DNA of 64,000 bases from an uncultured Candidatus Obscuribacterales bacterium (GCA_964418155.1 CAYQKX010000012.1:53786-117785); one strand, 5' to 3'. Shown: positions 27,550 to 38,874, numbered from the stretch's first letter. The notes: generated by a model from the letters alone, not told the origin. Numbers and translations: made by a program.

Positions 27550-29232
27550 ATGCAAAGTAGAGCCGCAGCGCTTCAAGCTGCAACATCAACCGTTTTCGAC
27601 ATCGCCATAATCGGCGGAGGCATTGTGGGCGCCGGGATTGCGCAGAATGCCGCTTGCCGAGGGATGTCCGTAATCCTTATAGATAAGGCAGATTTCTCCT
27701 CGGGCACGTCCAGCAAGACCACTAAGCTCATCCATGGCGGGCTTCGATATCTCGAGCAATTTCAGTTTCGCTTAACAAGAGAACTGTGTCACGAGCGTGC
27801 CCTGCTTGAACATTTGGCGCCCCATCTTGTCAAGGACTTCTCATTCATCCTTCCAATATCAAACAAAGGCAAATTTTTCGGACTGAAAGCCGACATAGGG
27901 CTGACGCTGTACGATCTACTCGCGTCAAATGTCAAGGGTACGAGACAACACAAGCGGTTGGCTCAGAAAGATGTGCTCGGTGCATGTCCATCCCTATCCG
28001 CCACCAAGGTGTCAGGCGGCTTGCGCTTCCATGACTGCATCACCAACGATACTCGCCTGGTCATCGAGGTGTTGAAATCGGCTGAAAGCCACGGAGCAAC
28101 CTTAATCAACTATGTCGCCGCGCAGGGTTTTCATTTTGAAAATGATCAGATATCGGCGATCGAATGTCGAGATCGCTCGAGCGGACAAAATCTCACGATT
28201 CAGTGCCGGAGCTGTATCAATGCCGCCGGCGTCTGGTCCGACGGTCTCATGAAGCAGCTGGACAACAACTGGCACTCGCAAGTCGCGCCTGCCAAAGGGA
28301 CGCATATCATGCTCCCCAGCTCATCCTTCGAAACCAACACCGCTCTGTTCTTGCCGACCGATGATGGCAGATACGTTTTCGTGGTGCCCTGGCAGCGAGC
28401 ACTAATGGTCGGCACCACGGACACCAACTATAGTGGCTCGCTAGATAACCCGGTGGCGACCGAAGACGAGATTCATTATCTACTCGATGTACTCAACAGC
28501 TACGGACGGGACGATCGAAAGATCGTTCGCACCGACGTAATCGCGGCATGGGCCGGACTTCGTCCACTAGTCGGCGAAGTGATAGGCGAAGGCGACAACA
28601 AGAGTACGAAGAATTTATCGCGCGAACATGAACTATTCGAAGGCAAAGGCGGCATCGTCGGTCTCATCGGTGGAAAGTTGACCAACTACCGGATACTGGC
28701 TGAACACGCGGTAGACAAAGTCATACCCAAGCTACCCAGCCAGGTGGCAAGCGCTCTTCATCCTGCCCGAACCGAATCAATAATGTTAGGCGGCTGGCAA
28801 AACAAAGACGACTACCTGACCGCTACAGCCGAGATATCCACCCGCGCTCGCAAGAATTCGATTGAGCCGGCCACTATCGATCATCTGATTTCGAGCTACG
28901 GCAAAGACGCAATGAAGGTAATCGAACTCGTAGAAGGGGACAGCTTCCTCAATAAGCGCATTTGCCCCGACTTCCCGCAGATCATGGCAGAAGTCGTTTA
29001 TGGTGTAAAAAACGAGATGGCGCAATCGTTGGAAGATATTCTTTTCCGTCGCATGCGCCTCGGACTGGTTCACCAGGGGCAGTGCCTCGAAGCAGCGTCG
29101 AAGGTGGCAAGATGTGTTCAGGCTGTAATGGGATGGGATGAAACTCGCACGGCTGCAGAGCTCAAAGCTCTTGTAAGAACCCTGGAAGAGCATATGAACA
29201 TACAGCCCGCTATGCAAGGTGAGATGGTGTGA
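27550..29232 (+). CDS. glpD: FAD-dependent glycerol-3-phosphate dehydrogenase
   Basis: DIAIIGGGIVGAGIAQNAACRG dinucleotide fold and GTSSKTTKLIHGGLRYLEQ. The length and C-terminal helical domain are typical of GlpD. Confidence 0.9.
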   Translation: MQSRAAALQAATSTVFDIAIIGGGIVGAGIAQNAACRGMSVILIDKADFSSGTSSKTTKLIHGGLRYLEQFQFRLTRELCHERALLEHLAPHLVKDFSFILPISNKGKFFGLKADIGLTLYDLLASNVKGTRQHKRLAQKDVLGACPSLSATKVSGGLRFHDCITNDTRLVIEVLKSAESHGATLINYVAAQGFHFENDQISAIECRDRSSGQNLTIQCRSCINAAGVWSDGLMKQLDNNWHSQVAPAKGTHIMLPSSSFETNTALFLPTDDGRYVFVVPWQRALMVGTTDTNYSGSLDNPVATEDEIHYLLDVLNSYGRDDRKIVRTDVIAAWAGLRPLVGEVIGEGDNKSTKNLSREHELFEGKGGIVGLIGGKLTNYRILAEHAVDKVIPKLPSQVASALHPARTESIMLGGWQNKDDYLTATAEISTRARKNSIEPATIDHLISSYGKDAMKVIELVEGDSFLNKRICPDFPQIMAEVVYGVKNEMAQSLEDILFRRMRLGLVHQGQCLEAASKVARCVQAVMGWDETRTAAELKALVRTLEEHMNIQPAMQGEMV

Positions 29233-30263
29233 AAGTAAAGGTTCTCGTTCTTGGCAGACTGCTGCAGAGTTTGCACGAAAAGCTCGTAGAACATGCGGAA
29301 ATCGAATATGTAGATCGCGAAGCGCCACTCGCGCAAGATTTGCTCATGGCGCATCTGAAAGGGAAAGATGCGGTCATAAGCGAGCCTTTGGACACAATCT
29401 CGAGCGAATTGATGGACGCCTGCCCGTCGCTAAAACTCATATCGAATCGCGCCGTTGGCTTCGACAACGTCAATCTAATGCAAGCGACACAACGGTCCAT
29501 CGTCGTGACAAATACCCCCGGCGTGCTCGATGCAGCCACTGCCGATCTGGCGATGGCATTGCTTTTGGCATGCGCAAGACGAATCGTAGAAGCGGATCGG
29601 TACGTCAGGCAGGGCAAGTGGACCGGATTCAAGAGCGATCTGATGCTTGGTCCAGATCTCTTTGGAAAAACCGCGGGCATCATCGGCATTGGTCGAATCG
29701 GTCAGGCTTTTGCGCAGAGGGCGCGGGCGTTTGGTATTAAGCTAATTTACACTCGCAACTCCCCTCGTGACGAAAAAGATGATAAGTTCAACAACGAATT
29801 TCACGCCCAACGCGTCGAGTTGGAAGATTTGCTTCAGAGGGCGGACTTCATCAGCATCCACTGCCCGCTGAATGCACAGACACGGCATCTGCTCGGTCAG
29901 GCCGAACTGGATCGGATGAAGCCGGAATGCATTTTGATTAATACCGCCCGTGGTGCCATAATCGATCAGCAAGCGCTGGTATCACATTTAGTGCAGCGCC
30001 GAATCCACGCGGCTGGGCTGGATGTATTCGAATACGAGCCGGAAGTTCCGCAAGAGCTGCTGGATCTGGACAATGTCGTTCTGCTTCCGCACATCGGATC
30101 CGCCTGTTTCGAGACCAGACGTAGGATGTCCGAGTTGGCGGTTGATGCCGTAATTGCAGCCTTCTCCGGAAGCCGCCCTGAGCACGTAGTTAACGTCGAC
30201 GCTTGGAATCAAGAAAGCTGGGATCTGATAACAAAAGAGCACCAGGCTGCAACGAATAAATAG
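29229..30263 (+). CDS. D-isomer-specific 2-hydroxyacid dehydrogenase (glyoxylate/hydroxypyruvate reductase-like)
   Basis: The GTG start overlaps the glpD stop (ATGGTGTGA). Motifs GIIGIGRIGQAFAQRARAFG, INTARGAIID, LLPHIGSA. Confidence 0.85.
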   Translation: MKVKVLVLGRLLQSLHEKLVEHAEIEYVDREAPLAQDLLMAHLKGKDAVISEPLDTISSELMDACPSLKLISNRAVGFDNVNLMQATQRSIVVTNTPGVLDAATADLAMALLLACARRIVEADRYVRQGKWTGFKSDLMLGPDLFGKTAGIIGIGRIGQAFAQRARAFGIKLIYTRNSPRDEKDDKFNNEFHAQRVELEDLLQRADFISIHCPLNAQTRHLLGQAELDRMKPECILINTARGAIIDQQALVSHLVQRRIHAAGLDVFEYEPEVPQELLDLDNVVLLPHIGSACFETRRRMSELAVDAVIAAFSGSRPEHVVNVDAWNQESWDLITKEHQAATNK

Positions 30264-30278
30264 GCAAAGATCTTTATT

Positions 30279-30306
30279 CCTTGGTTTAAACACCATCAAA
30301 CCAAGG
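30279..30306 (+). terminator. hairpin after the dehydrogenase gene (weak terminator candidate)
   Basis: CCTTGGTTT (30279..30287) / AAACCAAGG (30298..30306), a perfect 9-bp stem. No clear T-tract follows. Confidence 0.4.
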
Positions 30307-30390
30307 TAGGATCGATAAGATAAGCGCATTTAGCCTCTCGACACCTGGTCCGGCTCCGAGAAATGATCAAGTAGGCGTCCAACCTTGAGC

Positions 30391-31755
30391 ATGGAAAACC
30401 AACAGCAAGCAAGTTCTGACAGTGCGCGCTCTCAGAATAAATTACTAAGACTACTCTGGTTCGCGTATTTTTCAGGCCTCTTGATGTGGTTCCTGATGAC
30501 CTATAACAACACGTTCCAGACATACCTGAAGGATGAACACCTCGCCTACACCAAGGACGGGGCAACTTACACGGCCGATTACTTGATTTACTACAACTCC
30601 GGTGTGCTCGCCTGGGACTGCTTGAAAGACAACAAGATCGATATATGGGACCCCAAGGTCCAAAACGATTCGATGCAAAAGCTGGTACCGAACGTCAAAC
30701 TCGACAAGGTCTTTTATTCGCAATATCCTCCATATCTCAACACTCTGATGATGCCACTGCCATTGGTTCCCATCAAAGACGCCTGGATAATCTGGGAACT
30801 GTTCGGATTTGCCGGAATTGCATTCGGACTATATTCACTCCTATCGACGACGCTGTCGGGCAAATTCGAGCGGGCGCTGACATACCTGGCGGTCTTTTCC
30901 TCTTTTCCCGCCTGGGTCTGCTTCCGGCTGGCTCAGATGGCGTTGCTTCTTTATCCGGCGCTTGTCTGGTATTGGCTCGCTCTCGAGCGCAAAATGTGGT
31001 TCCGGGCGGGACTGTTGGGCGGATTTTGCATGCTCAAGCTTCAGTACGCACCGATTCTATTCCTGACCGGATGCATCTTAGGCGGTCCTCGATTCTTCGC
31101 GGGATATGCCTTGATAGGTATGCTCTACCTCATCTCATGCATCGTTGTGGTAGGTCCGACCAACATCATGAATTACCCACAGGCGCTGAAGATGGGCGAA
31201 CTGAGCGGCGGTCAGATAACCGGCGTCTCTCCTGAGATGCAGCAAAATCTGCGCGGACAGCTCGTAGTACTGCTCGGCAATGACGGCGCTATGGTCCACG
31301 GCATCGTCGCTTCGACCTGGCTGGTTGCGACCGTTTTCACAGCATACCTGTGGTGGCGTTACAAACGCTCGATTGAACGCCTGGACGGAGAAGAACAACG
31401 CAGAAAGTTTACATTACTTGCATCGGTAACCATAATACTGCAATTGGTGACAAGCCCGCACACACATAAGCAAGACTACCTGCTCATAAGCCTTCCGGCG
31501 ATCTGGTTGATGTTCCACCTGGTAGGAAGTTACCCAGTGGGTCCTATTGCAGACCCATTAGTAAAGGATAAAAGCCTCGTGCTTTGGCTCAGGTACTTGT
31601 TGCTCTCCTTTCCGATTTTGGGCTGGGCCTTCTTTATAGCTGGGCAGATGTTGCCCCTCCCTGTGCAATCCTTCTTCATCTGGGCAATCGTCCTATTGAT
31701 AGTGATTGCGCTACTCATACGCGATAGAAGCTCATCGAGAAAAGAGAGCGTCTAA
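30391..31755 (+). CDS. polytopic membrane protein, DUF2029/GT87-like glycosyltransferase candidate
   Basis: Many hydrophobic spans. The motif FYSQYPPYLNTLMMPL recalls the Y-x-YPP loop of DUF2029/GT87 mannosyltransferase-like proteins. ATG 30391 is preferred over TTG 30385. Confidence 0.5.
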   Translation: MENQQQASSDSARSQNKLLRLLWFAYFSGLLMWFLMTYNNTFQTYLKDEHLAYTKDGATYTADYLIYYNSGVLAWDCLKDNKIDIWDPKVQNDSMQKLVPNVKLDKVFYSQYPPYLNTLMMPLPLVPIKDAWIIWELFGFAGIAFGLYSLLSTTLSGKFERALTYLAVFSSFPAWVCFRLAQMALLLYPALVWYWLALERKMWFRAGLLGGFCMLKLQYAPILFLTGCILGGPRFFAGYALIGMLYLISCIVVVGPTNIMNYPQALKMGELSGGQITGVSPEMQQNLRGQLVVLLGNDGAMVHGIVASTWLVATVFTAYLWWRYKRSIERLDGEEQRRKFTLLASVTIILQLVTSPHTHKQDYLLISLPAIWLMFHLVGSYPVGPIADPLVKDKSLVLWLRYLLLSFPILGWAFFIAGQMLPLPVQSFFIWAIVLLIVIALLIRDRSSSRKESV

Positions 31756-31799
31756 AGGATCACGAAGCTCTATCGTTTGCCGCCGAGCGAGTGCTCGCC

Positions 31800-32939
31800 T
31801 CAGTCCTGGTTGCCAGAATCGCTTTGAGATTCATCTATTTCGTCATCAAATACGACACCGCTATTTAGTTTTTGCTTTTCGCGCCTTCGGGATGCTGTCC
31901 TGTAAGCGTTGCTCAAACGAGGGATTGTTTTACCCCCCTTACCGCCAACTGTTTTCACAGCGGGCTCTACCTTCGTCGAGATCGTTCTCCTGTAGTTATC
32001 GACCTCTTGCGCTTCCGCGACAATCGAAACATAGTTATTGTAGCGATTGATTGACACTGAAGATGGTGCGGCGTCTCCATTGACGTGTTGCGGCATATCA
32101 TCATCCTCTAAGATGCTTTCAATAACTTTACAGTCCTGCTCGACCAAATGTAAACAATTGGAGAACTTGCATTCGTTTGACAGCGCGGCGATTTCAGGGA
32201 ATTGCCACATCACATCCATCGGCATTGGATACTTAATCTCCTGAAGATTGAATCCTGGAGTATCCGCGACCCATGTCGGCTTATCCGGATAGAGAGACGA
32301 AAGGACCGGATAGAGCTTGCTGTATGTCGTCGTCTGTCGTCCGACGCCATAGTCATGGTCCATAACGCCTATCTTCAGATTGAGCCCTGGATCCAGTTTA
32401 TTCAAAATACTGGACTTCCCAACACCAGAAGGTCCAGCAAAAACAGTGATTTTGCCCGCTAAGAGATTGTAGAGCTGTTCGAATCCCATACCGGTTTTCG
32501 CCGACATCAGGACGACGTCGTAACCCAGCGATTCATAAATTCCCCGTAAGGTCTCAGAACGATTGACCTCGATGAGGTCACATTTGTTAAAACACAAGAT
32601 TGGCTTGGTGCCTGGCAATTCGAGTTGAAAGTGAACAATGTAACGGTCGCACCAGAGCTGGTTCCACTCAGGTTGGCGAACTGCCTGTACAATTACAACC
32701 TGGTCCACATTGGCCAGTGGTGGTCTGGACAAGATACTCCACCGATCTCGGCACCCGGTTATTGTCGCGGTGCCCTGCTCAAGATCCACGTCGACCAGCT
32801 CGACACGATCGCCAGTAAGGATAGAGACGCGCTCTTTCTTAAGGCGCTTGCGGGCCTGACATTGTAACGAGGCCATCGAATGCGGTTCAAAGACTAAGTA
32901 ACCGCCGGCATGGCTTCTGAGTACAGTTCCTACGGTCAT
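31800..32939 (-). CDS. rsgA: ribosome small-subunit-dependent GTPase A
   Basis: VFAGPSGVGKSSILNKL, ADTPGF, zinc cluster CKFSNCLHLVEQDC. It carries a ~90-aa charged C-terminal extension. Confidence 0.9.
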   Translation of the reverse strand: MTVGTVLRSHAGGYLVFEPHSMASLQCQARKRLKKERVSILTGDRVELVDVDLEQGTATITGCRDRWSILSRPPLANVDQVVIVQAVRQPEWNQLWCDRYIVHFQLELPGTKPILCFNKCDLIEVNRSETLRGIYESLGYDVVLMSAKTGMGFEQLYNLLAGKITVFAGPSGVGKSSILNKLDPGLNLKIGVMDHDYGVGRQTTTYSKLYPVLSSLYPDKPTWVADTPGFNLQEIKYPMPMDVMWQFPEIAALSNECKFSNCLHLVEQDCKVIESILEDDDMPQHVNGDAAPSSVSINRYNNYVSIVAEAQEVDNYRRTISTKVEPAVKTVGGKGGKTIPRLSNAYRTASRRREKQKLNSGVVFDDEIDESQSDSGNQD

Positions 32940-33020
32940 AAACCTAGAGCAAAAACCCCATTATTGACTGGCGAAAAAAAAATGATTGACTTAAGGATAC
33001 AACAATACGGCGCTCGAACC

Positions 33021-34823
33021 ATGAACGGAAACGGAAACACCGACCTCAGCCACATTCGCAATATAGCAATTATTGCTCACGTCGATCACGGCAAGACGAC
33101 GCTGGTAGACGGATTTTTGCACCAATCCGGCGTATTTCGGCAGAATCAGGATGTGGCCGTTTGCGTCATGGATTCCAACGATCTGGAGCGAGAACGCGGC
33201 ATTACGATTCTTGCCAAAAACACTGCTATAAACTACAAGGACCATCTGATAAACATTGTTGACACTCCCGGACACGCGGATTTCGGCGGAGAGGTCGAAC
33301 GTATCCTGGGTATGGTCGACGGCGCGATCCTTGTCGTCGACGCAGCTGAAGGCCCGATGCCCCAGACCCGCTTCGTATTACGCAAGGCTCTGGAGCGAGG
33401 ACTGCGCCCTCTCGTGGTCATCAACAAAATTGACAGACCCAACATCGACCCACATCCGGCAGTCGATAAGGTCTTTGATCTCTTTGTCGAACTCGGTGCC
33501 GACCACGATCAGCTCGATTTCCCCTACATATTCGCCTCTGGCGTCAAGGGCATAGCCACGAAAGATCCGGACAACGACCCCGGCGAGAATCTCACTCCAC
33601 TCATGGACATGATTCTTGAACACTGCCCGTCACCCGAAGGCAGCATTAACGCGCCGCTCAAGATGCAGGTCAGCATCCTCGACTACAGCGATTATCTCGG
33701 TCGTATTGCAATCGGCAGAATCTATGCAGGTTCGATCAAACCGGGAACAGAAGTAGCGCTTCTCACAGAAACCGACCAGCGAATAACCGGCAAGATCACA
33801 AAGCTATTCACGTTCCACGGTCTCAAGCGCATCGAAGCCGATGAAGCATTCGCCGGCAATATCGTAGCAATTGCAGGTTTTGCGGACGCCAATGTGGGCG
33901 ACACCATATCTGATGTCACAGTGACGGAAGCGCTGCCTCGCATAAAGGTAGACGAGCCAACGATGAAGATGTCGTTCCTCGTCAACGACAGCCCATTTGC
34001 CGGACAGGAAGGCAAGTTCGTGACTTCAAGACAGTTGCGCGCCCGACTCTTCAAAGAGCTCGAGACCAATGTCAGCATGAGGTTAGCTGAGACGGACAAT
34101 ACAGATACATTCATTGTCAGCGGTCGCGGCGAACTTCACCTGGGAATCTTGATCGAGACGATGCGTCGCGAAGGATTTGAATTCCAGGTATCCAGACCCG
34201 AAGTAATTCTCAAAGAGATCAATGGAAAAGAGTGCGAGCCATTTGAAAAGCTCGTCATCGACGTACCGGACGAATACACCGGAGCCGTCATGCAAGCACT
34301 CGGGTCGCGCCGCGGCGAGCTTCAGAATATGAATGTAGAAGGCAGCACCGCGCTCCTCGAGTTCGTCATTCCTACCCGTGGTCTTATCGGATTCCGTTCG
34401 GAATTTCTGCGCATGACCAGAGGCAACGGCGTAATGACGCATGCCTTCATCAACTATAGACCGTACTGCGGAGACATCGCCAGGCAGCGCAATGGTGTGC
34501 TTATCGCATGGGAAGAAGGTGTATCGACAGCGTACGCCATTCAGCAAGCAGAAGATCGCGGCGTATTTTTCATCATTCCCGGTACCAGAGTATACGGCGG
34601 CATGGTTGTCGGAGAAAACAGCAGAGCGCAGGATCTGAGCATTAATGTCTGCAAAACCAAAAAGCTTACAAATATGCGCGCTGCTAGTGGCGAAGTCCTC
34701 GTTGCCTTACAGGCACCGGCGGATATGAACCTCGAAAAATGCCTTGAGTACATTCAAACAGATGAATTGGTCGAGGTTACCCCGGTCAACGTCAGAATGC
34801 GCAAGCGTCAGTTGAAAAAATAG
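33021..34823 (+). CDS. typA: translational GTPase TypA/BipA
   Basis: [31 protein letters not shown] and a BipA-type C-terminal region. Track start 32910 would overlap rsgA head-on, so ATG 33021 is preferred. Confidence 0.9.
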   Translation: MNGNGNTDLSHIRNIAIIAHVDHGKTTLVDGFLHQSGVFRQNQDVAVCVMDSNDLERERGITILAKNTAINYKDHLINIVDTPGHADFGGEVERILGMVDGAILVVDAAEGPMPQTRFVLRKALERGLRPLVVINKIDRPNIDPHPAVDKVFDLFVELGADHDQLDFPYIFASGVKGIATKDPDNDPGENLTPLMDMILEHCPSPEGSINAPLKMQVSILDYSDYLGRIAIGRIYAGSIKPGTEVALLTETDQRITGKITKLFTFHGLKRIEADEAFAGNIVAIAGFADANVGDTISDVTVTEALPRIKVDEPTMKMSFLVNDSPFAGQEGKFVTSRQLRARLFKELETNVSMRLAETDNTDTFIVSGRGELHLGILIETMRREGFEFQVSRPEVILKEINGKECEPFEKLVIDVPDEYTGAVMQALGSRRGELQNMNVEGSTALLEFVIPTRGLIGFRSEFLRMTRGNGVMTHAFINYRPYCGDIARQRNGVLIAWEEGVSTAYAIQQAEDRGVFFIIPGTRVYGGMVVGENSRAQDLSINVCKTKKLTNMRAASGEVLVALQAPADMNLEKCLEYIQTDELVEVTPVNVRMRKRQLKK

Positions 34824-34839
34824 TCTGCAAATTCAACAT

Positions 34840-37272
34840 CTAGCTTCTCGCTTGCTGCTTGATCAACTGCGCAAGCAGCTGCTTTTGCGCGGTGAATTTG
34901 GCGAAGTCTTGTGCCGAGACTTGAAATCGACGAGCAAACAACTCACCCGAATCTCGGATTCTTGCAGCATTTCGCAGGTCGTGCTGCGCGAGGTAGACCT
35001 CGATGACAATCGAGTGCGCCGCGAAGGCGGACGCTCCAACAGCAGTCTTGATATCGCGCTCGGCTTCTAGCAATCGAAATCCTTCTTCGCAATTCTTCAA
35101 TCCGTCAGTGGTGTTGTGGATTTGAATCTGTGTGACTCCCAGATGTACCAGACCCTGCCCTCGCAAAGCACGGGCCTTAGGTAGAAAATCATTGGATTCG
35201 TCGGTCACCGATTGAAGCGAGGTCAAACATTTGCGATAGCATTTCATTGCTGTCTTCATGTCGCCAGACGCACGATACAGATCGCCTCTAAAAACACACC
35301 GCTCCGCCATTAGCGTCGATCCAGGAAACGCCTGATTGGCGACGCGATCCCCTGCGTCCAATAGGCGAATAATTTCATTTGTGATGTGAGATTTCGATTC
35401 TGCTACTTTCGCGTGGACAATCCCATCCCTGATGGCAATCTCGTCTGATGCAAAACCCAGGAGTGAGTCGATCTCGAGTGCCTTTTGGAGCCAATTTGCT
35501 GAGTCGGAAAATCGCCCGAGCACATAACAACTGCTGCCGATTACCTTGTATGCTTCAATCAACTTTGGTGAGGTGGCGCCAATCTGCTTTATATACCTTT
35601 CCACAAGCCAGGGACCCAAGGTAACCACCCGTTTGTGGTCCTGTCTCTGACTGGCAAGATCAAACTGCCTTAACTTAACACTCACAGACGGATCAGTTAT
35701 CGCGTAAGGATCGGGAACGAAACTAATGTGACGAAACTCACGGGACAGTCTCTTCGCGACCTCAGATCGGACGGCTGGACACCGATCGATTATGAGCTCG
35801 CGTAAACTTGGGATGGATGCTAGTTTACGAAGGATTTGTTCGTCAATGTCAGTACCACTCACATTCAGATATTGCAACGACTTGTGTGCTAACAGTGGGG
35901 AAACATCCACATGCTCAAAAGAATTGCCCTGAATAACAAGCTGTCTCAACGATTTCATGGATGATACCGCCTTTAGTGCTGCGGCAAATAACTCACCATT
36001 TTCGGAGAGCTCCAAAGTTTGCGCCGAAGAATACTTCTTGATAGTGGATAACATTTCAGCCGTCAGCGTGCCTTTCAATTCGACATTCTTTGTGTGCGAA
36101 CCGACTCCATTCAACTTTGAAGTTGAATGCTCCCCTGAAGCCTTTCCAATCTTGGATTCGAGTGCCTTGTCAGTTAATGCGTCACGAGTGTTGACGACAC
36201 CATCAAACTCTACGCGAGCACGAGAGGGACCCTTATCGCCCCTGAAAACAATCACTATAACGAGCCAAAACAAGACAATAGATGCAGCTGAAAGGGCAAA
36301 AATTTTCTGCCTCATTCCGAAGCTCGATCGATGTTTTTCAGGTCCCAGCAATGGAGAATCTGGTTCCTCTGTGACTAAGGGCACCTCTTCAATGCTCAAC
36401 GATTCAAGAACATTAAGAACATCTTGCAGGTGCGGGCGCTCCGCTCGATCTTTTTTAAGTAAACCATCAATTGTGTCGATCAGCTCTGGAGGCAGGTTGC
36501 CGACGTGGGTATCGATAGAATCCGGGACTTCCGATTGGTGCATCATCAGTGTTTTCATCACTGTATCACCCGATAGTGGCGGTTTTCCAACTAGCGTCAT
36601 CCACATCGTGCAACCCAGAGAGTAACCATCAGACGCGGGCGTTAACTGTTCTGCGCGGGTCTGCTCCGGACTCATGAAGAGCGGGCTTCCGATGACACGG
36701 CCTGTCGCCGTAAGTCTTCCGTACTCCTCAGCATTCAGCTCTATTCTTTTTGCTATGCCAAAGTCGAGAATCTTCGCGACTAATCCATTCGCTTTGTCGT
36801 CGAAGGTAACGATGTTCGCGGGCTTAACATCGCGATGAATTATCCCAATTTCGTGAGCATGGATAAGAGCCCTAGCAACCTGAATAAAAATCCGAACAAA
36901 ATCATGCAGCGACAATGGTCCCGCTCTGTCCACGCGATCTTTGAGAGATTCGCCACGAACCAACTCCATCGCCAGATACGGCTTGGATTCATAAACACCA
37001 AAGTCGTAGATAGCAGCGATATTCGGATGATTCAACATAGCGGCAAGCCGAGCTTCGGTTTGAAAACGAATCAAATCTTCCTCTGAAATTGAATTTGGAA
37101 TCAGCACTTTCAGCGCGACTACATTTTGGAGCGAGACGTTCTTCGCCTCGAACACTCTTCCTTTTCCGCCTTCGGCAATCACCTTCAGTATTTCGAATCG
37201 ACCAAAAACAGTCGAGCCAACCGAGAAATCGGCACGGTTGACTTTCTGCGTAACGTCATTACCCGACTGCAC
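34840..37272 (-). CDS. Ser/Thr protein kinase with TM segment, LRR and TPR-like C-terminal region
   Basis: GTG start with AAGGTGG 7 nt upstream. Kinase motifs HRDVKPANI, DFGIAK, SPLFMSPEQ. TM segment IFALSAASIVLFWLVIVIVF. LRR-like LRQLVIQGNSFEHVDVSPLLAHKSLQYLNVSGTDI. Confidence 0.85.
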   Translation of the reverse strand: MQSGNDVTQKVNRADFSVGSTVFGRFEILKVIAEGGKGRVFEAKNVSLQNVVALKVLIPNSISEEDLIRFQTEARLAAMLNHPNIAAIYDFGVYESKPYLAMELVRGESLKDRVDRAGPLSLHDFVRIFIQVARALIHAHEIGIIHRDVKPANIVTFDDKANGLVAKILDFGIAKRIELNAEEYGRLTATGRVIGSPLFMSPEQTRAEQLTPASDGYSLGCTMWMTLVGKPPLSGDTVMKTLMMHQSEVPDSIDTHVGNLPPELIDTIDGLLKKDRAERPHLQDVLNVLESLSIEEVPLVTEEPDSPLLGPEKHRSSFGMRQKIFALSAASIVLFWLVIVIVFRGDKGPSRARVEFDGVVNTRDALTDKALESKIGKASGEHSTSKLNGVGSHTKNVELKGTLTAEMLSTIKKYSSAQTLELSENGELFAAALKAVSSMKSLRQLVIQGNSFEHVDVSPLLAHKSLQYLNVSGTDIDEQILRKLASIPSLRELIIDRCPAVRSEVAKRLSREFRHISFVPDPYAITDPSVSVKLRQFDLASQRQDHKRVVTLGPWLVERYIKQIGATSPKLIEAYKVIGSSCYVLGRFSDSANWLQKALEIDSLLGFASDEIAIRDGIVHAKVAESKSHITNEIIRLLDAGDRVANQAFPGSTLMAERCVFRGDLYRASGDMKTAMKCYRKCLTSLQSVTDESNDFLPKARALRGQGLVHLGVTQIQIHNTTDGLKNCEEGFRLLEAERDIKTAVGASAFAAHSIVIEVYLAQHDLRNAARIRDSGELFARRFQVSAQDFAKFTAQKQLLAQLIKQQARS

Positions 37273-37600
37273 TTAATCGCCACCTTCGGCCGCAGAGATA
37301 CTGAGTACAGGCAACGCCCTTACCTAATCTTCTTTACCCAGGTCGACGTAACCGTAGTCGCAAAGGATTTTGGGGCGTTCGTGTCCAGCCAGCGCAATAT
37401 AAAGCGGCCGTCCGCGCCCTGAATAGTCTATTGCGGGCGAATACTATCTTGCTTTAACCCTGACAGAGCTCAGCAGCCCGTGACACGCTGTGAACTAAGA
37501 CAGAATACTGTCAGAGAAGCACCAGCCTCACACGTGTATGACCCTCGACGCAGATGGTCTTCTTCGAAATCGCGGCGCCTTGGTAGCAAACATCGTGCGA

Positions 37601-38545
37601 TTATATTGCTCGTCGAATGTGACCACCGGCTTTTTCCAACTTTTCGACTGCCTCAACAGCCGAAATCTCGAGCAACAGCATTACTATCGCGGTCTTAGCG
37701 TGCCAGTCCACTTCGATGAGAGCGCTCTCGCACTTGTCAGATGGAGCGTCTGTGGCTTGCTGAACGATTCGAATAGCGCGCTTGCGGAGTTTTACATTTG
37801 TTGCTTTGACGTCTACCATCAGGTTTTCATAAACCTTACCCATTCGCACCATTGCCGCGGTGCTGATCAAGTTCAGAAGCATCTTCTGCGCTGTTCCTGC
37901 TTTCAGACGGGTCGATCCGGTCAGCGGCTCGGCTCCGGTAACTGCTTCTAAACAGATATCACAATGACCAGCAAGAGCTGACCCACCAACATTCACAATG
38001 GACGCGGTCGCGCAGCCAACTTCGCGAGCATAATCCAACGCACCGATCACATATGGAGTCCGCCCACTGGCTGCTATTCCGACAACGACATCCATGGACG
38101 ACAAGCCGCGGGCTTTCAGATCGATTCGGGGCTGTTCTCGATCATCCTCAGCCCCTTCGATGGAAGAGACCAAAGCAACCTCGCCTCCAGCGATTATGCC
38201 TTGCACCGTATCTGATGTCACACCAAAAGTAGGTGGACATTCGCTCGCATCGAGAACGCCCAGTCGACCACTGGTCCCAGCGCCAACATAAATCAGCCTA
38301 CCGCCCTTCTGCATGCTATCAACGACAATATCGACAAGAGCAGACAACTTATCAAGCGTGGGGTCCACCGCCGGCGCCACCAAATGGTTTTCTCCATGCA
38401 AAGTCTTAATCAGCTCGACCGTGGAGAGGCTATCCAATTTCATCGTACGCGGATTGCGCTGCTCCGTCTCTAGCTTGGAGAGTTCTTCACCAAGTGCGAT
38501 ATCCTTTGAAGTCATTGCCTTGTGCCCCTTTTTTACGAAGCTCAT
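37601..38545 (-). CDS. murQ: N-acetylmuramic acid 6-phosphate etherase
   Basis: LETEQRNPRT and SIS-domain GGRLIYVGAGTSGRLGVLDASECPPTFG. The start may be ATG 38515. Confidence 0.85.
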   Translation of the reverse strand: MSFVKKGHKAMTSKDIALGEELSKLETEQRNPRTMKLDSLSTVELIKTLHGENHLVAPAVDPTLDKLSALVDIVVDSMQKGGRLIYVGAGTSGRLGVLDASECPPTFGVTSDTVQGIIAGGEVALVSSIEGAEDDREQPRIDLKARGLSSMDVVVGIAASGRTPYVIGALDYAREVGCATASIVNVGGSALAGHCDICLEAVTGAEPLTGSTRLKAGTAQKMLLNLISTAAMVRMGKVYENLMVDVKATNVKLRKRAIRIVQQATDAPSDKCESALIEVDWHAKTAIVMLLLEISAVEAVEKLEKAGGHIRRAI

Positions 38546-38874
38546 AGTCTACCGACGTTGAGTCCGCACGACAAGATTATGGAATACACTCGGCAACAAG
38601 CAGCAACAGTTACGGTGTGCAGTACAAAAGGACATCACGCTAGTGAGAGCTACCAAAAGAGATACGCGCCATTTTGTCGCACTGCGGTTCGGATGGTCAA
38701 CTAATTCACTGAACAAAACGGCGAGTTAGCAAACATCTTCAAAAGCTGCTATGGAAGAGGCCGCAGCTCCTCGTAAATTGGTTCTGCCTTTTCTGGTTTC
38801 TTGTCACAATTCAGAATGTCAGCGTGTGTCTACAATGCGGTCTTCACCGAATCAACATCCAGATTTGGTGCAGT

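Noticed and set aside
35957-36625. 222-aa + strand ORF
   Set aside because: It is antisense to the Ser/Thr kinase gene, and its translation is Ser-rich and low complexity. The same reasoning applies to 42475..43134 (antisense to the repeat protein) and 45298..45960 (antisense to the PQQ dehydrogenase).
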